IMG/VR virus record: IMGVR_UViG_3300022871_000021 | Coordinates: 1-56,027 of that record | Length of the DNA stretch: 56,027 nucleotides | Direction: 5' to 3' (one strand) | DNA from: a virus | Lineage: Duplodnaviria > Caudoviricetes | Shown: piece after piece, positions 45,776 through 54,533 of the stretch | Numbering within the stretch: the stretch's first letter is position 1 | Layout: every line of letters starts with the position of its first letter | The notes under the pieces: model-generated | Seen by the model: only the letters and a program-made list of their open reading frames with translations | What the model was told of the DNA's origin: nothing | Databases searched by the model: none | Position numbers and translations under genes: made by a program

Positions 45776-47740
45776 ATGCGTATAACTAAATTAGAATTAA
45801 AAAATTTTCAAAAGCACGAACATTTTGAGGCAGATTTTACGGATAAGGTCAATGCCTTATACGGGGAAACCGACTGTCTATCGTCTGATACTTTTATTCT
45901 ATATCATACTGTATCAATTAAAGGAGTTTTGCAGAACTGTAAAGGTGGAACGATTAAAAGACTTTATGATTTATTTCATAAAATTTCGGCTAAAGGTAAA
46001 GGGCTTTATTTTAGAAAAGAGTCTTTAAATAGTAAATATAAAATTGCTTCAATAAATGATGAGGATTTAGTTTTTAGAAATGATATTGAAGATGTCGTTC
46101 ATTCAGGTAAAAAACATTTATTTGAGGTAGTTACAGAAAGTGGGTTTAAGATTAAAGCCTCAGGAAAGCATAGATTTTATGTAGGTTCAGGAAAATATCG
46201 AAAATTGCAGGAATTGTCTAAAGGAGATATTGTTTATATTCACACAAATAAGAGGAAGAAAATAAAGAAAAAAGTTGAAAGGCATAAATCAGTTTGTGTA
46301 AAACAACATCCTCAAGGTAGCTTGAAAATAATCAATAAATGTAGATATTACCGAATCCAAAAAAGTAGATTAGTTTACGAAGCTCGATTAAATGGTTTGA
46401 CTATAGAGGGATATAGAGGAATTTTAAATAGTAATGAGGATATAAAACATTTAAGATTTATAAATTCATCTATATATGAAATACATCATAATAATTTTGA
46501 TAGATTAGATGATAGATTTGAAAATCTTAGTTTGATGATAAAGACAGACCATAAAAGATTACATAGAGAACAATCTATTTTAAATGTAAGGCCTAAAGCC
46601 TATCCTGATATTATTCAAGAAATAAAAGATGTTGGATTTGGTGATACATATGATATTAAAGTAAAAAATCCTTATAATAATTTTATAGCAAATAATTTAG
46701 TGGTTCATAATTCAGGAAAATCTTGTATAGTTAGAGCTATTAAGTGGGTGATTTATGGAGAGCCTAAAGGGGATATAGTTAAGAAGGAAGGAACGGATAA
46801 AACGTCGGTTCGGATTACTCTCGATTCGGGGGTAATAGTAGAGAGAAGAAAGTCAACATCAGTTAATGCTTATATAATATATAAAGACAACGAAGCAAGA
46901 AAGTTTGATTCTATAGGTAAATCTGTTCCAGATGAAGTCAAGAATATATTTAATATGAATCCGATGATTGTGAATAAAGAGCAAGTTTTTTTAAATATAT
47001 CTAATCAAATATCTCTGCCTTTTATGTTAAAAGATTCTTCTACTTTTAGGATGAAAGTTTTAAATAAGTTAACAGGAAATGATGTTCTTGACGAAGTCGC
47101 CCAATCATTTAACAGGGATTCACTTAAGTTTAGTCGTGAGGGTAAAATTATAGATGAAGAAGTTGAGGCTAAGAGGTCATCCTTAAAAGAGTTAAGTGAC
47201 GAAAAGAACATAACAGAAGGATTATTGTCTAGGGTAAAACCTTTAGTGGAGTCATCATCCAAGAAGATAAAGAAATATAAAGAGGCTTCAGATATTAAGC
47301 GTAGATTGAGCGTATTAGATGACAATGTTCAGTTTAACTTGAATAAAATGGAGTGCATAAAATATCCAGATGAGAAAATCATTTTTCGGGTTGAGAAAAT
47401 AATTGATAAATTTGAAAAAGTTAAGGCCTTTTCTCAAAGGTTATCGTCAGGTCAGGAAAATTTATCTATTATATCTGACCAGTTAAAGTCTATAAAATTT
47501 CCCAAAAATGTAAAGTCTTTATATGAGAGGGCAGAAATGCTCCTCAAAGTGTCCAGATTGACTGCTGATGAACGAAAGAAGGCAACCCTATGGTCTACCA
47601 TAGGCGAGGAATTGGTTACAGTTGCGGAGCGGGTAGAGGAGGGTAACATTAGATATATTCAAATTTTAAAGAAGTATAACAAATGTCCAGTTTGTCAGAG
47701 TAAATTGACGGATGAGATATTTAAGGGGATTAAATTATGA
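45776..47740 (+). CDS. sbcC: SbcC/Rad50-like ATPase, N-terminal half (Walker A, coiled coil, zinc hook), with intein
   Basis: MRITKLELKNFQKH, GETD[intein]SGKS, Q-loop SNQ, ends at CPVCQS; true start ATG 45776. Confidence 0.85.
   Translation: MRITKLELKNFQKHEHFEADFTDKVNALYGETDCLSSDTFILYHTVSIKGVLQNCKGGTIKRLYDLFHKISAKGKGLYFRKESLNSKYKIASINDEDLVFRNDIEDVVHSGKKHLFEVVTESGFKIKASGKHRFYVGSGKYRKLQELSKGDIVYIHTNKRKKIKKKVERHKSVCVKQHPQGSLKIINKCRYYRIQKSRLVYEARLNGLTIEGYRGILNSNEDIKHLRFINSSIYEIHHNNFDRLDDRFENLSLMIKTDHKRLHREQSILNVRPKAYPDIIQEIKDVGFGDTYDIKVKNPYNNFIANNLVVHNSGKSCIVRAIKWVIYGEPKGDIVKKEGTDKTSVRITLDSGVIVERRKSTSVNAYIIYKDNEARKFDSIGKSVPDEVKNIFNMNPMIVNKEQVFLNISNQISLPFMLKDSSTFRMKVLNKLTGNDVLDEVAQSFNRDSLKFSREGKIIDEEVEAKRSSLKELSDEKNITEGLLSRVKPLVESSSKKIKKYKEASDIKRRLSVLDDNVQFNLNKMECIKYPDEKIIFRVEKIIDKFEKVKAFSQRLSSGQENLSIISDQLKSIKFPKNVKSLYERAEMLLKVSRLTADERKKATLWSTIGEELVTVAERVEEGNIRYIQILKKYNKCPVCQSKLTDEIFKGIKL
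45875..46711 (+). mobile_element. Intein (279 aa) with HNH endonuclease in Walker A of SbcC-N
   Basis: Starts CLSSDT; block B SGKHRF; HNH IHHNNFDRLDD..ENL...H..LH; ends TYDI.V....NFIANNLVVHN followed by Ser. Confidence 0.93.
47725..47740 (+). repeat. 16-bp direct repeat GGGGATTAAATTATGA, copy 1
   Basis: Exact copy at 48054-48069. Confidence 0.9.
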
Positions 47741-47913
47741 GGGTGGAAATTAGATTGAGTAATTTTGAGGAATGTAAAGATTGTCTTTTATTGAAAGATT
47801 CGGGTCAAATTGAGGATAGGTATAAATGCAAACTTTATAAGATAAATTTAGATTGTGATGTGAGGCATAGAATCCATAGGCCTCAAAAATGTATATTGGA
47901 TAATGGGAGATAA
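47737..47913 (+). CDS. 58-aa Cys-rich protein, absent from ORF track
   Basis: MRVEIRLSNFEECKDC...C...RPQKC; ATGA-coupled. Confidence 0.5.
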   Translation: MRVEIRLSNFEECKDCLLLKDSGQIEDRYKCKLYKINLDCDVRHRIHRPQKCILDNGR

Positions 47914-47916
47914 AAT

Positions 47917-48069
47917 ATGATATGGATTGAAAGATTATTCTGGATATTAGGTATGTCATTCCTAGCATATATTTGTTTTGTTGGGGGGTATAAAAGGGCT
48001 ACTGACCGTTGGACGGAACATTACCGAAAAGTTCTTGCTAAGCTATACCTGTTGGGGATTAAATTATGA
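47917..48069 (+). CDS. 50-aa single-TM protein, absent from ORF track
   Basis: SD GGGAG; LFWILGMSFLAYICFVGG; ends GIKL like SbcC-N. Confidence 0.45.
   Translation: MIWIERLFWILGMSFLAYICFVGGYKRATDRWTEHYRKVLAKLYLLGIKL
48054..48069 (+). repeat. 16-bp direct repeat, copy 2
   Basis: Exact copy of 47725-47740; supplies the SD and ATG of sbcD. Confidence 0.9.
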
Positions 48070-49034
48070 AATTTTTATATACTTATTGTAGTCATATAAA
48101 AGGTTCAAATCCTCTTTATCGTAAAGGTAATTATTATGAAGATATAAAAGCTAAGATTAAAGAGATAGTGTTCTTATCGGGTGGTGTAGATATGGTGGTT
48201 CATGGAGGGGATTTCGGAGATGCTCCGATGATGGCTCTTGGCGTGGCAGATGAGATAGTAGATATGATTGAGGCGGGAGGAATTCCTTGGTATATAGTTA
48301 GAGGGAATCACGACGAAATAGGCCATAACCCAAATCTTTCGGGTGAATCAATTTTAGACCATATTTTTAGACGTTCAAAGTTAATAAGGCATCTTGATGT
48401 CATAAATGATGGTATCGTTACTGAATTTGAAAACGGAAAACAGATTAGAGGTGCCAAGACTGTTATTCAGGGATTTGATTTTTATCACGGAATAGAAAAA
48501 GATTTGAATGAAAAAGGTTTATATTGTTCTGTTGAAACAGATGGGAAGAAGATAGCTGTTGTTCATGCTCTTATAATGGATAAACCATTCCATCCCCAAG
48601 TATTACATTCCGTCATAGGCGAGATTAAAACAGATTTTGATTTAGTTTTGATAGCCCATAATCATACAGAGATGGGAATTATTAAATATGGGAAAACTTC
48701 TTGGATTAGTATAGGGTCGTTAGCTCGTATTACGTCTGCTAAGAGCGATATAAACAGAATGCCTAATGTTTTATATGTTGATACCCTTGAACCTTCTTTA
48801 AAGATAATTCCTCTTAAATGCGGTAGACCAGTAGAGGATGCGTTTAATTTAGAGTTAGTGGATAAAATTAAGGAGAGGGAAGGTTCAATAGAGAGTTTTA
48901 TAAAAAGTCTTGAATCGACAAAAGTTAAAGGTTTAAATCTTAAGGGTATTATTGAAGAATTATGCGAAAAGGAAGCTGTAGATAAAGAAGTTTTAGATGA
49001 GATAATAGATAGGATAGGAGCCACTGAACAATGA
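48066..49034 (+). CDS. sbcD: SbcD/Mre11-like metallophosphoesterase nuclease
   Basis: Motif I atypical (CSH for DxH); GGDFGD, GNHD, H, AHNH and GSL.R. Confidence 0.85.
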   Translation: MKFLYTYCSHIKGSNPLYRKGNYYEDIKAKIKEIVFLSGGVDMVVHGGDFGDAPMMALGVADEIVDMIEAGGIPWYIVRGNHDEIGHNPNLSGESILDHIFRRSKLIRHLDVINDGIVTEFENGKQIRGAKTVIQGFDFYHGIEKDLNEKGLYCSVETDGKKIAVVHALIMDKPFHPQVLHSVIGEIKTDFDLVLIAHNHTEMGIIKYGKTSWISIGSLARITSAKSDINRMPNVLYVDTLEPSLKIIPLKCGRPVEDAFNLELVDKIKEREGSIESFIKSLESTKVKGLNLKGIIEELCEKEAVDKEVLDEIIDRIGATEQ

Positions 49035-49043
49035 GGAGGGTTT

Positions 49044-49277
49044 ATGGATTACAAAGAAGAGCTTGACAAAATCGAAAAGGATGTTAACGAAAAGAAGATA
49101 GAAAAGGTTCGGTTAGAGGAAAGACAAAAGGCGTTAGGGATTGAAAGGGATGACATATTAAAGGAGCTTGCAGAGCTTGGGGTTTCTCTCGACGAGTTAG
49201 ATAGTTATTTAGAGAAAGAGGAAAAGGAAATAAAAGAGGGGATAGAAGAATGTCAGAAGATTTTACTGGAAAAATAG
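49044..49277 (+). CDS. Small coiled-coil protein of the split-SbcC module
   Basis: Heptad-rich, ELAELGVS.DEL; between sbcD and the C-terminal half. Confidence 0.6.
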   Translation: MDYKEELDKIEKDVNEKKIEKVRLEERQKALGIERDDILKELAELGVSLDELDSYLEKEEKEIKEGIEECQKILLEK

Positions 49278-49870
49278 AAGAGATTGGATATAAGCTAGCT
49301 ATTCATCAAAGACATTTTGATGAATTAGTTGGAAAGTGCGATATGTTATCTCAACAGCTAGATGTCCATAAGAAGAGGTCTAGCCTTATTTCTCATAAAC
49401 AGGAAGTTTATTCCAAGTCAATAGAGATATTGGATTTAGCCCAAAAGGTCTCTAGGGTTACGATGAAAGATGGCTTCGAATCTATAGTAACATATGCCCT
49501 TCAATTTATTCTTGGCGTGGGTTATAAGTTTGAACTTGAGTTTGATAGGTGGGGTAAATATCACGAAGTTAACTTCAATATAAAAACTGATGATTTCAAT
49601 CTAGCGTTTGACCCTCTCGATACATCTGGAGGCGGAACGATAGATATAGTTTCTCTGGCGTTAAGGGTAGCTATTATGGAATTACATAAACCAGAAATAT
49701 GTGGGCCTATAATTCTTGATGAAAGTTTTAAACATTTATCTCGTCAGCATTTATTTAAGGCAGGTGAATTTTTAAACGCTTTAGCTGAAAGAGTGGGTAG
49801 GCAGATAATAATAGTGTCTCATAAATCTGAACTTGTTAAAATGGCTCACAAAGCTATAGAGGTTAAATGA
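49250..49870 (+). CDS. sbcC: SbcC/Rad50-like ATPase, C-terminal half
   Basis: Coiled coil, signature SGGG, SLALR, Walker B IILDESF, H-loop QIIIVSH; no Walker A. Confidence 0.85.
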   Translation: MSEDFTGKIEEIGYKLAIHQRHFDELVGKCDMLSQQLDVHKKRSSLISHKQEVYSKSIEILDLAQKVSRVTMKDGFESIVTYALQFILGVGYKFELEFDRWGKYHEVNFNIKTDDFNLAFDPLDTSGGGTIDIVSLALRVAIMELHKPEICGPIILDESFKHLSRQHLFKAGEFLNALAERVGRQIIIVSHKSELVKMAHKAIEVK

Positions 49871-50298
49871 AATTAAAGATTGAATTAGTTCCTTCGTCTT
49901 CTTTTTATAAGAACGTTCGTAGTAATGTATCAAGAAGTGAATGGGATATAATCAGAAGAAAATCTTATCAGAAGGCAAATTATAAATGCGAAATATGTGG
50001 CGGAGTAGGGAGCAAGCATCCAGTTGAGTGTCACGAAGTTTGGGAATATGATATAAAAACTAAAATTCAAAAATTAGTTGGATTTATTTCTCTTTGCCCT
50101 AAATGTCATCAAGTAAAACATATTGGGTTATCGCAAATTCGAGGTCTTTACGGTGAATGCTTAGAACATCTTTCTAAGGTGAATAATATATCGATAGATA
50201 AAGCTGAAAAATATATTGATGAGCGCTTCGAGGAATGGCAAGAGCGGAGTAATATTAAATGGACGTTGGATATAAGTTTACTAGAAATAAATAAATGA
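49867..50298 (+). CDS. HNH endonuclease
   Basis: CEICGG...ECHEVW...LCPKCH.VKH. Confidence 0.85.
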   Translation: MKLKIELVPSSSFYKNVRSNVSRSEWDIIRRKSYQKANYKCEICGGVGSKHPVECHEVWEYDIKTKIQKLVGFISLCPKCHQVKHIGLSQIRGLYGECLEHLSKVNNISIDKAEKYIDERFEEWQERSNIKWTLDISLLEINK

Positions 50299-50639
50299 GT
50301 ATATGGACTTATCTTAAAACTTGTTTGGTAAAGGGTTGTAAAAATGAAGTAGATTTTCAAGGGCATCATATTATACATAGAGGTTCGGGAGGAAGTGATG
50401 GACCTTGGAATAGATTAAAAGTTTGTAGAATTCATCATAATGAAGCACATGATATCGGGGAAGATGGATTTTTAAGTAATCATCCAGAACTTAAATTTTG
50501 GGTGGAGAGGGGAAAAAGGATTGAACGGGTATGGCAGAAAGAAAAGACAGGAAAGCTAGAGAACTTATCGGAAGAAGAGCGAGACATCTTGAAATACATC
50601 CAGAAAGTAAGAAAGTTTTACTCAACGGTTTCGAGTTAA
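50295..50639 (+). CDS. HNH-like nuclease
   Basis: CLVKGC...HHIIHRGSGG.D..WN...CRIHH.EAH. Confidence 0.75.
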   Translation: MSIWTYLKTCLVKGCKNEVDFQGHHIIHRGSGGSDGPWNRLKVCRIHHNEAHDIGEDGFLSNHPELKFWVERGKRIERVWQKEKTGKLENLSEEERDILKYIQKVRKFYSTVSS

Positions 50640-51010
50640 TAGTTTGTTGCGATAAAGTATGTGCGAAGCCTAGAATGACTCGGAGTGATGTTTGGAAGAA
50701 GCGTCCGATAGTTGAAAGATGGCTTGCTTATAAAGATTTAATCGCAATGTCATATCGTTCACAAGGAGGAGTTACGTTTTTTAATCCTGTATCGGTTGGA
50801 TATATATTTTATCTAAAGGACAATCGGCGGATAGATTTGGATAATTTAATTAAAGGTATAAATGATGCGTTAAACAGGTTGGCTTGGCCTGACGACGATG
50901 TAAAGCATATTAGGCAGTATGATTATGCTCGGGCAGTTATAGATACAAGTTTAGAAGAGGAAAGAGTAAAAATAACAATAAAGCCGTTAGATGTTGGATT
51001 ATGTTGTTAG
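50531..51010 (+). CDS. rusA: RusA-family Holliday junction resolvase
   Basis: KPRMTRSD.W..RP, DLDNLIKGINDAL...DD; exact start uncertain. Confidence 0.85.
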   Translation: MAERKDRKARELIGRRARHLEIHPESKKVLLNGFELIVCCDKVCAKPRMTRSDVWKKRPIVERWLAYKDLIAMSYRSQGGVTFFNPVSVGYIFYLKDNRRIDLDNLIKGINDALNRLAWPDDDVKHIRQYDYARAVIDTSLEEERVKITIKPLDVGLCC

Positions 51011-51045
51011 CTATAATAAGATATAGAGGATAGGGGGGTAGAGAA

Positions 51046-51321
51046 ATGAAAAATTTAATAGCCATAGTTATAATAGGGATTATAGTTTTATTATCTAATG
51101 CATCAGTAGCGTTGGCTAAACAGGTCTATAATTGTGTTGAGGGAAAGTGGGAGACTATTCCAGATAATTCAAAATGGAATCTTAGGTATAATTCTCATTC
51201 AGGCAAGTGGAGTTATCAGCCTAATGGGGCTAAGATTGTTGTAAATCATCATAATGATTCTTGGGATTGGGATTCAGGTCACGCCAATGAAGAGGACGAA
51301 GAGGATGAAGAGGATGATTAA
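51046..51321 (+). CDS. Secreted small protein with Trp-rich repeats and acidic tail
   Basis: Signal peptide ending ALA; YN...GKW twice; EEDEEDEEDD. Confidence 0.6.
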   Translation: MKNLIAIVIIGIIVLLSNASVALAKQVYNCVEGKWETIPDNSKWNLRYNSHSGKWSYQPNGAKIVVNHHNDSWDWDSGHANEEDEEDEEDD

Positions 51322-51697
51322 TTTAATACAGAAAATTGCTAAGAAGAAGGTTCAATGTATTTATGTTGAAAAATTTTCATTTACTTCTCGTAAAAAGTAT
51401 TTATTAGAACAATCATTTTTGTGGGAAAATTCTTTAAGGTATCAATTATTAGAATTAGGTATTGCATGGTGCGATTTTAAGATAGAGTTTATTGGGTGTT
51501 TATGTAGGATATAGTTAACTCAAAGGAGCGTGAGAAATGAGCGATTATAAAGAATGTTTTTGTGTTGGTGCTTCTAAATGTGGAGATGATTCGTGCAATA
51601 TCGTCAAAGATTATATAAAGAAATGGGGTAGAGCATTTTGGAAAGAAGGACTAGGAAAGAAAGATGATAAGATATTTAGTTTAAGCAAGGAGACCAA

Positions 51698-51989
51698 ATG
51701 AACACACATACAAAAGGAAAGTGAAAAGTAGAAAAAGGCATGGACAGCAAGTTTTGCAAGACTTGGCTAATTACAGAAGGTTCTAGAATTATAGTTGAAA
51801 TATATAACGAAGAATCAGCCAAACCACATAGTCCATTGTGTTAATGTGCATGATAAGATGTTAAGAATGCTAAAAAATGCAAGTCTTTGGCATAAAGGGG
51901 ATAAGTGGAGAAACGGAAGTAAATTGAGTAGAGCAGCTTGGAAATCTCATAATAATAACTTAGACCAAATAATCGAGGAGGGACTATGA
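51698..51989 (+). pseudogene. Disrupted HT(P/K)G.W-type gene
   Basis: MNTHTKGK*KVEK has TGA at 51722 where the paralogue at 24916 has TGG; a frameshift near 51821 joins EIYNEESA to NHIVHCVNVHD. Confidence 0.6.
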
Positions 51990-52154
51990 ACGAGCATGAA
52001 TGCCAAGCTTGTGGAGGGCTTTTAAGTGAGTGCGTGAATTATGTCGGAAGCGAAGGAGCTCTTCAGGAGATTAAAACTGGTCGGTGGGTATGTTTGAATT
52101 ATAAGTGCAAGGAATATAAGAAACCGAAGGAGCTTAAAGAGGACAATAAATGAA

Positions 52155-52460
52155 ATGGCAACATTAATTTTTATAGAGAATAAGCATTGGCAGTTGAATT
52201 TTAGGGCAGACGGAAAAAGACATCGACTTTATGTACCTACTAAAAGAGTTGGCGAAAAGTTGGTGATGATGATTAAGGAGAATGAAGATATCAAGAAAAT
52301 GCGAGAGCGGTTGAAGTTTTATTTTGAAGAGGAGATTGGGCTATTGGAATATGAGATGCTTGCTGTAAAACAATTTATTTATAAAAAAAGGCTTTCTCCA
52401 GTTGAAAGAAAACAATGCCGAGATATATATAAAAAGGTTTTAAAGAGAAGTGGACAATGA
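52155..52460 (+). CDS. Protein with arm-type DNA-binding-like N-terminus
   Basis: WQLNFRADGKRHRL; no integrase catalytic domain. Confidence 0.4.
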   Translation: MATLIFIENKHWQLNFRADGKRHRLYVPTKRVGEKLVMMIKENEDIKKMRERLKFYFEEEIGLLEYEMLAVKQFIYKKRLSPVERKQCRDIYKKVLKRSGQ

Positions 52461-52505
52461 TAATAATTATTGGTGAAAACTATTAAAGAAAAATAGTATA
52501 AGGAT

Positions 52506-54063
52506 ATGGAAATGAAAGATAAATTTATGTCTCAATGGACTTTTGAAGGAAAAGAATTAACTACAGATGAAGCTAATGAAATGAGAGAGAATAAAGAAGA
52601 TTTTATGAGTGACGTTAATACGCAGACAATTAAACGAATAATAAAAGATAATCCTATGGAGTTTATGGACAAATTGTTAGAAGATAAGGAATGAGGATAT
52701 GAAGGTTAAGGTTAATTTATGTGGATGGGCAGATAGCTTTTATGGCAGCAAAGTATTTTTTCCTTTACAAATAGCTATGAATGAATGTGTTGGAGATTGT
52801 GATTTCTTTTTTCAAGTTAAGAAAAAGTCTTCATCAGGTGGAGGTGTTAATACCCATTATAGAGTTGAAGTAATTGCTGCTAGATGTTGTGCCTGTGGAT
52901 ATCATGGTACACAAGAGACAATGGATTTTAGTATCTATGAATTTTCTTTTGAAGTTGCTCAATACACTAAAAATCTTATTTATCAAGGTGCAAGAGATTG
53001 TTTAAAGAATAAAAGGTTTACTACGGAAACCATAGAGATGCTGACTAAGGAGGAGTAAGAGATGAATGCATGTGATTTTGAAAATATATGTGAAAGAGTT
53101 CATAAAGCATACTGTCAATATTGTATTGATATTAAGGGCAAAGAATATTGGACTAAAGGAGATTATTCAAAACTTGAATATAAAGTAAAATTAGCAGATA
53201 GATACACAGCTAGAGCAGTTTTAGATTATTTAAAAGAGAAAAATCTTTTAGTTTAACAAGGAGGAGTGAGGATATGATAACCCCAAAAGATTGGAAAGAA
53301 CATAAGAGCGAGATAATAGAACAAATCCTCGGTGAATATATTGATAATTATTTAAAATCAATCAATGTTAAAATATGGTATAGAGAAAGTAAATATGGGC
53401 GATGGACTTTTTCAACACCCCAATCTGAACTTACAGCAAATTACTTTATAGGAGAGTGAGGATATGAAACGACCTGTTAAGGAAAATATTACAAAAGATA
53501 TGGATTCCATTGAGATAGCCTTAACAATCCAATGGAACAACTGCTGTGATGATTGGGAGAAGTATTGGGAAGAAGAACATACTCTACATATTGAATCCGA
53601 GAAAGAATTATGCAAGTTAAAAGAATCTCTCCCTACTGTTGAGGAGATAGAGAAGATATTAATTAAAAAGATAGAAGTTATAGAGTGTAACCCAAGAACT
53701 TGTGGTGCTTATGCAACTTTTAAAGGAGCAGCCAAAGCCATACATAAAAGTTTAACTAAGGAGTGAGGATATGAAATTCATAGTTGATTTAACTTGTCCC
53801 GACGGAGATTTCATAAAAGAAGAAGTTGAAGAAATGATAACTGATTGGTTGGATAAGAAAAGAAAAGAAGGAATCGCTTTTAGATTATTATATTCAGTTA
53901 AAAAAAGAATTAAGGAGTGAGGAATATGGAATTATTGAATGAATTAATATTATATATAGCTAAGACCTTTACTTATGACGATGTGGTGCAACATTCAAAA
54001 GAAATATTAGAACAAGTTTTTTATGAAGCAGTTATTAATAATTTAACTAAGGAGGTTAAATAG
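52506..54063 (+). CDS. Array of seven small hypothetical genes (52506, 52699, 53062, 53274, 53464, 53771, 53926)
   Basis: Most are joined by a conserved AAGGAGTGAGGATATG-type junction; 53771-53920 and 53926-54063 are below the ORF-track cutoff. Confidence 0.6.
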
Positions 54064-54459
54064 ATGAGCAAACAGGATAAGCAGGATAATTTGGAATATC
54101 ATTTAGACACGGGAATAAGCTTAGAAGGATTGACGGGCCTCCCTTCAGACTTAAAGGAGGATGTAGTCTTTTTAAACGCCTGTGTTGGTGCTGTCGTAAC
54201 GTATTCCAAGGTTAAAGGCGGGCTAGGTATGCATGAGCATCGAAAGTTTTTTAGATTCAGAGAAGCTGTTCAAAAGGCTTTAGATTCTGAAGAGACTACA
54301 ATCGCTGATATAGATTCTGAGGCATTTAAGACTTTCTTGAAATGGTGGAACGAACAAAAGCCTGATGCTGGTATTAATGAGATGGTAATAAGAGTCGATA
54401 AGAAGATAGTCGAGGCCGTATCTAATCACGATAAGGTTCTCAACGAGGGTAAATCTTAA
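54064..54459 (+). CDS. Hypothetical protein
   Basis: SD TAAGGAGG. Confidence 0.55.
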   Translation: MSKQDKQDNLEYHLDTGISLEGLTGLPSDLKEDVVFLNACVGAVVTYSKVKGGLGMHEHRKFFRFREAVQKALDSEETTIADIDSEAFKTFLKWWNEQKPDAGINEMVIRVDKKIVEAVSNHDKVLNEGKS

Positions 54460-54471
54460 CTTTTAATCATC

Positions 54472-54500
54472 TTGACAAATGAAATATAATATGATATATT
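54472..54500 (+). promoter_or_regulatory. Sigma70-type promoter of the radical SAM gene
   Basis: TTGACA-N17-TATATT with TG extension. Confidence 0.75.
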
Positions 54501-54533
54501 TGATATTGTCGGTATATTATCTTGGGGGTGTGT

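Noticed and set aside
51722-51724. TGA-as-Trp recoding (alternative genetic code)
   Set aside because: Many genes end cleanly in TGA, often as ATGA overlaps; long genes have no internal TGA; the same gene also carries a frameshift
52155-52460. Integrase
   Set aside because: Only an arm-binding-like N-terminus in 101 aa; no tyrosine or serine recombinase catalytic motifs
52685-54066. CRISPR-like or integron array
   Set aside because: Repeats are short, degenerate and non-palindromic, spacers are whole genes of variable length, and no cas gene, integrase or attC structure is seen
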